A DNA stretch of 64,000 nucleotides from NCBI RefSeq assembly GCF_009914755.1, contig NC_060926.1. The stretch is one strand, 5' to 3'. Shown here piece after piece: positions 60,552-64,000 of the stretch. Source of the DNA: the human T2T-CHM13v2.0 reference genome, Homo sapiens. The notes beneath the pieces were generated by a model. That model was not told where the DNA came from, did no database searches, and was given only the letters and a program-made list of their open reading frames with translations. The number at the start of each line of letters is the position of its first letter. The first letter of the stretch is position 1. The position numbers and the translations under genes are program-made.

Positions 60552-62060
60552 CACACATTTGGTTTTAAATCCTCCAACTTTATATATGCCGTTTGTCCCA
60601 CCTGTACAACATACTTCTCTCATTCTTTGGCTTCTTTTAGGTTATTTAAGTATTTTTATCATTTTTTTCTCCATTCCAGCTCTATTGACTTAAAAGATAT
60701 ACATCATTTTACTATGTTAGTGGTTAACCTAGGGATTACTTTCACAACATTTTGAAAAATACAAGGTCCTTGATAAACTTAACCACATTTACTCTCCTCT
60801 ACCAACTTATTATTTCTGTACTTGAATTATTTTATAATTTAAATCCCTCAGTGTTATTATTTTTGTATTTTCTAACATGAATATAGATTTTTACAGATAT
60901 TTATCCATTCTGTTGCTTTTCATTGCATCTCTGAGCTGCCATCTGAGATTATTTTCCTTCTGTCTGAATTTTCATCATTAATACATCCATTAGTGCAGGT
61001 CTGCTGATGACAAATTATTTTACTTTTTGTTTGTCTGAAAGTGTTCTTATTCCATTTGCAATTTTAAGAGTTGTTTTCACGGGATGTAGAATTTTAGATT
61101 GGCAGCTATTTTTTTCAACAGCTTGAAGACATTTTATTTTCTTCTGGCTTCCTGGTTTTCTGTTGAGAAGTTAGATGAGTCCTATTGTTGCTCTTTTAAA
61201 GGAAAGTGTCTTTTTCATTGGTTGCTTTTACATTTTTTTATTTGTCTTAATTCTCACAGGTTTACTAGGATATGCCTAAGTATAGCTCTTTTGCTTTTTG
61301 ATTGTTGGTGTGTATGTGCAACTTACTTGGGCTTGATACAATTTTTGAATTCATTGCTTGATATCTTGATGTCAGTTTTGGAAAATTCTCAGCCATTACT
61401 TATATATTGCTTTGATCCATTCATTTGTTCCTTTCTTTCTGGGACCCAACTACAGATATTATAGAACTTTCACACTTGAGGCATGTCTAATATGATTTTA
61501 AATCTGACCAATGAATTCTTAATTCAAGAGTTTCAATTATTGAATTTCTTTAGTCCAACAATTTTATTTAATCTTTTTAAATAATTTCCATTATCTACCC
61601 AAATGCTTAATCCTGTTTTTTAAAATTATTTGAACATATTCTTGAATATATTAACTATAGTTATTTTATGCTCTTTTCTGATAATATCACTGCCTAAATT
61701 TTTTATGAATCTCTTTCTATAGTCTGCTTTTCCTCTTGGTTTCTATCATCTTGTTTTCTTGTTATTGCTACATCTTGTGTTTATTTTATTGAATGCCAGA
61801 CTTTGTATGTGAAAATGCTAGAGACAATTTGAGCTTCAGAATGATCTTGTTTCCTTTAGAGAGTTTTTACTTTTTCTCTAAGTAGACATTTAAGTTGTAT
61901 GTATGTATGTATGACACCCTATATTATCTTTATCCAGTTAATACTTGAAGTGATTAAGGTGGGCTCTGGTCCTTGGTGGACAGAGGCTTTTTTATTTCTG
62001 GTTCTCTCATACTCCTAGAGTACAGCCTTTCATTGTTGAAAATGTAAGCCTGGAATATTG
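60552..62060 (-). mobile_element. Old L1M inter-ORF/ORF1 fragment
   Basis: tagtgcaggtctgctgatgacaaatt...ttggaaaattctcagccatta. Confidence 0.7.
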
Positions 62061-62091
62061 AAATAGCCCTCTTTGGTATGTCCTGAACTAC

Positions 62092-62352
62092 TTTTTTTTT
62101 TGGGGGGTGGGGGACAGGGTCTCACTCTCATCGCCCACGTGAGAGTGCAGTGGTGCAATCGTGACTCATTGCAGCCTCAACCTCCCAGGATCAAACAATT
62201 AAGCAATTTTCCCACCTCATTTTTTGACTTTTTGTAGAGACGAGGTATAACTATGCTGCCCAGGCTGGTTTTGAACTCCTAGGCTCAAGTAATCCTTCTG
62301 CCTCAACCTCCCAAACTGTTGGGATTACAGACATGGGCCACTACGCCTGGTC
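62092..62352 (-). mobile_element. AluJ with an internal deletion
   Basis: gcagcctcaacctcc and ctaggctcaagtaatcc J diagnostics; TSD tgaactac. Confidence 0.88.
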
Positions 62353-62654
62353 TTGAACTACAATTGTTGCTCTTTCTGCTGGCAACTACTTAGCCACTCA
62401 ACCTCTTAAAAACTCTTTTTAGAATTGACAAATTCTCTAAAAGAAAAAGCAGCATAAATCCTTGTCTTCTTAATATTGGTTCTACAAATTATTTCTGCTG
62501 TACAGATGTCTTTTTCTTCTCTTTTTGGAGAGTGAGGAGGAAAATCTAGTTAACTTAATTGCTGGGTTTTTTTTTTTTTTTCCACATTGGTTAGGTTAAG
62601 AACAATCTGATCCTTTATGTCTGAAGGTATTTGGTGGTTGTTTATGCACTAAAC

Positions 62655-64000
62655 ATAATAGTAGACAACTTCAATACACAATGTTCAATAATGGATGAGA
62701 AAACCGGACAGAAGATCAATAAGAAAATGGAGTACTTGAGCAACACTATAGACTAATTGGACCTGATGGACTTATACAGAACAGTGCACAACAGCAAAGT
62801 AATCAACGTTCTTGTCAAGCACACATGGAACTTTCTCCAGCATAGATCACATGTTAGTCTACAAAACAAGTCTTAACAAACTTAAAAGATGGAAATCAAA
62901 GAGAGTATCTTTTCTCATTACAATGGAGTGAAACTAGAAATCAATACCAGAAAAAAACTGAAGAACCCACAAATATGTGGAAATTAGAATACTCATTCTT
63001 AAATAGCCAATGGGTCAAAGAAAAAAAATCACATGAGAATTAAAGAATATCTTAAGACAAGTGAAAACAAAAACACAGCAAATCAAAACTTACAGAAGCA
63101 AGCAAAAGCAGTACTAAGAGAAAAGTTTATAGTGGTAAATATTTACATTTAAAAAGAAAAATCTCAAATCAACAACTTAACTTTATACCTCAAAGAAACA
63201 GAAAAAGAAGAACAAACTGAAACCAAAACAAGCAGAAGAAAGGAAATAATAAAAAATAGAGCAAAAATAAACAAAGTAGAGAATAGAAAAACCATAGGAA
63301 AAAGTGAAAACTAAAAGTTGTTTTTTTTAAAGAGATCAGCAAAATTGACAAAACCTTAGCTGAGTTAACCAAGAATAAAAGAGAAGACTCAAGTAAGTAC
63401 AATAAAAAATGAAAGAGAGGACATTATAACTGATACCACATAAATAGATAAGACTATAAGAGAATACAATTGTGCACCAACAAATTGTGTAACCGAAAAA
63501 TGAATAAATTCCTAGAAGCATGCGACCTACTAAGACTGGATCATGAAGAAATGGAAAATCTAAACAGCCCAATAATGAGTGAGGAGATTGACTCAAAAGC
63601 ATCCCAACAAAGAAAAGCCAAAGTCCAGGTGGCTTTACTGGACAATTCTACCAAACATAACATTTAAAGTGTCTCTGTAACAAAAAATGTCAATCCTATT
63701 GAAATTGTTTCAAAAAATTGAAGAGAAAGAAACACTCCCAAACTCATTCGGTAAAGCCTTAATGCTAAAGGCAGACCAAGAAATTATAAGAAAAAAAAGG
63801 CAAATCAATAACCCTGATGAATATTGATGGAAAAATCCTCCGCAAAATATCAGCAAACCACATTCAACAAATCATTAAAAGAATTATATAGCATGACCAA
63901 GTGGAATTTATTGCTGCAATGCGAGAATGATTCAGCATATCAAAATCAATCAATGTAACACACTACATTAACAGAATGAAGGACAAAACCACATGATCAT
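62655..64000 (+). mobile_element. L1MA/L1MB decayed ORF2 (EN to RT), running off the window
   Basis: cacatggaactttctccagcatagatcac; catgaccaagtggaatttatt. Confidence 0.88.

Overview
Primate (human or great-ape-like) genomic DNA, very rich in repeats and apparently intergenic or deep intronic. I recognise no host protein-coding exon, functional RNA gene or CRISPR array. The window is a layered fossil record of transposable elements: 12 dimeric Alus plus one monomer, old and young LINE-1 pieces, MIR/L2/L3, MaLR and ERVL LTRs, and DNA transposons (Tigger2a, MER45-like, Charlie-like). Two decayed MER4-group ERV1 proviruses lie head-to-head (37039-43206 minus; 45014-50541 plus, with integrase and env remnants and a perfect TSD). 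The 368-aa ORF is the C-terminal part of ORF2p from a 5'-truncated L1PA3-like insertion. The most interesting observations are structural: a nested L1 block bounded by 17/18-bp inverted repeats, a probable L1-insertion-mediated deletion, an internally deleted L1PB with both ends kept, self-templated fold-back insertions, a tRNA-Glu fossil inside a provirus, a relic U3 inside the other provirus, a collapsed MER41 provirus, a recursive-splice/micro-exon-like site and a homeodomain motif cluster. I found no convincing novel biological system. Repeat family names come from remembered consensus sequences and need RepeatMasker/Dfam confirmation; boundaries of old elements are approximate.
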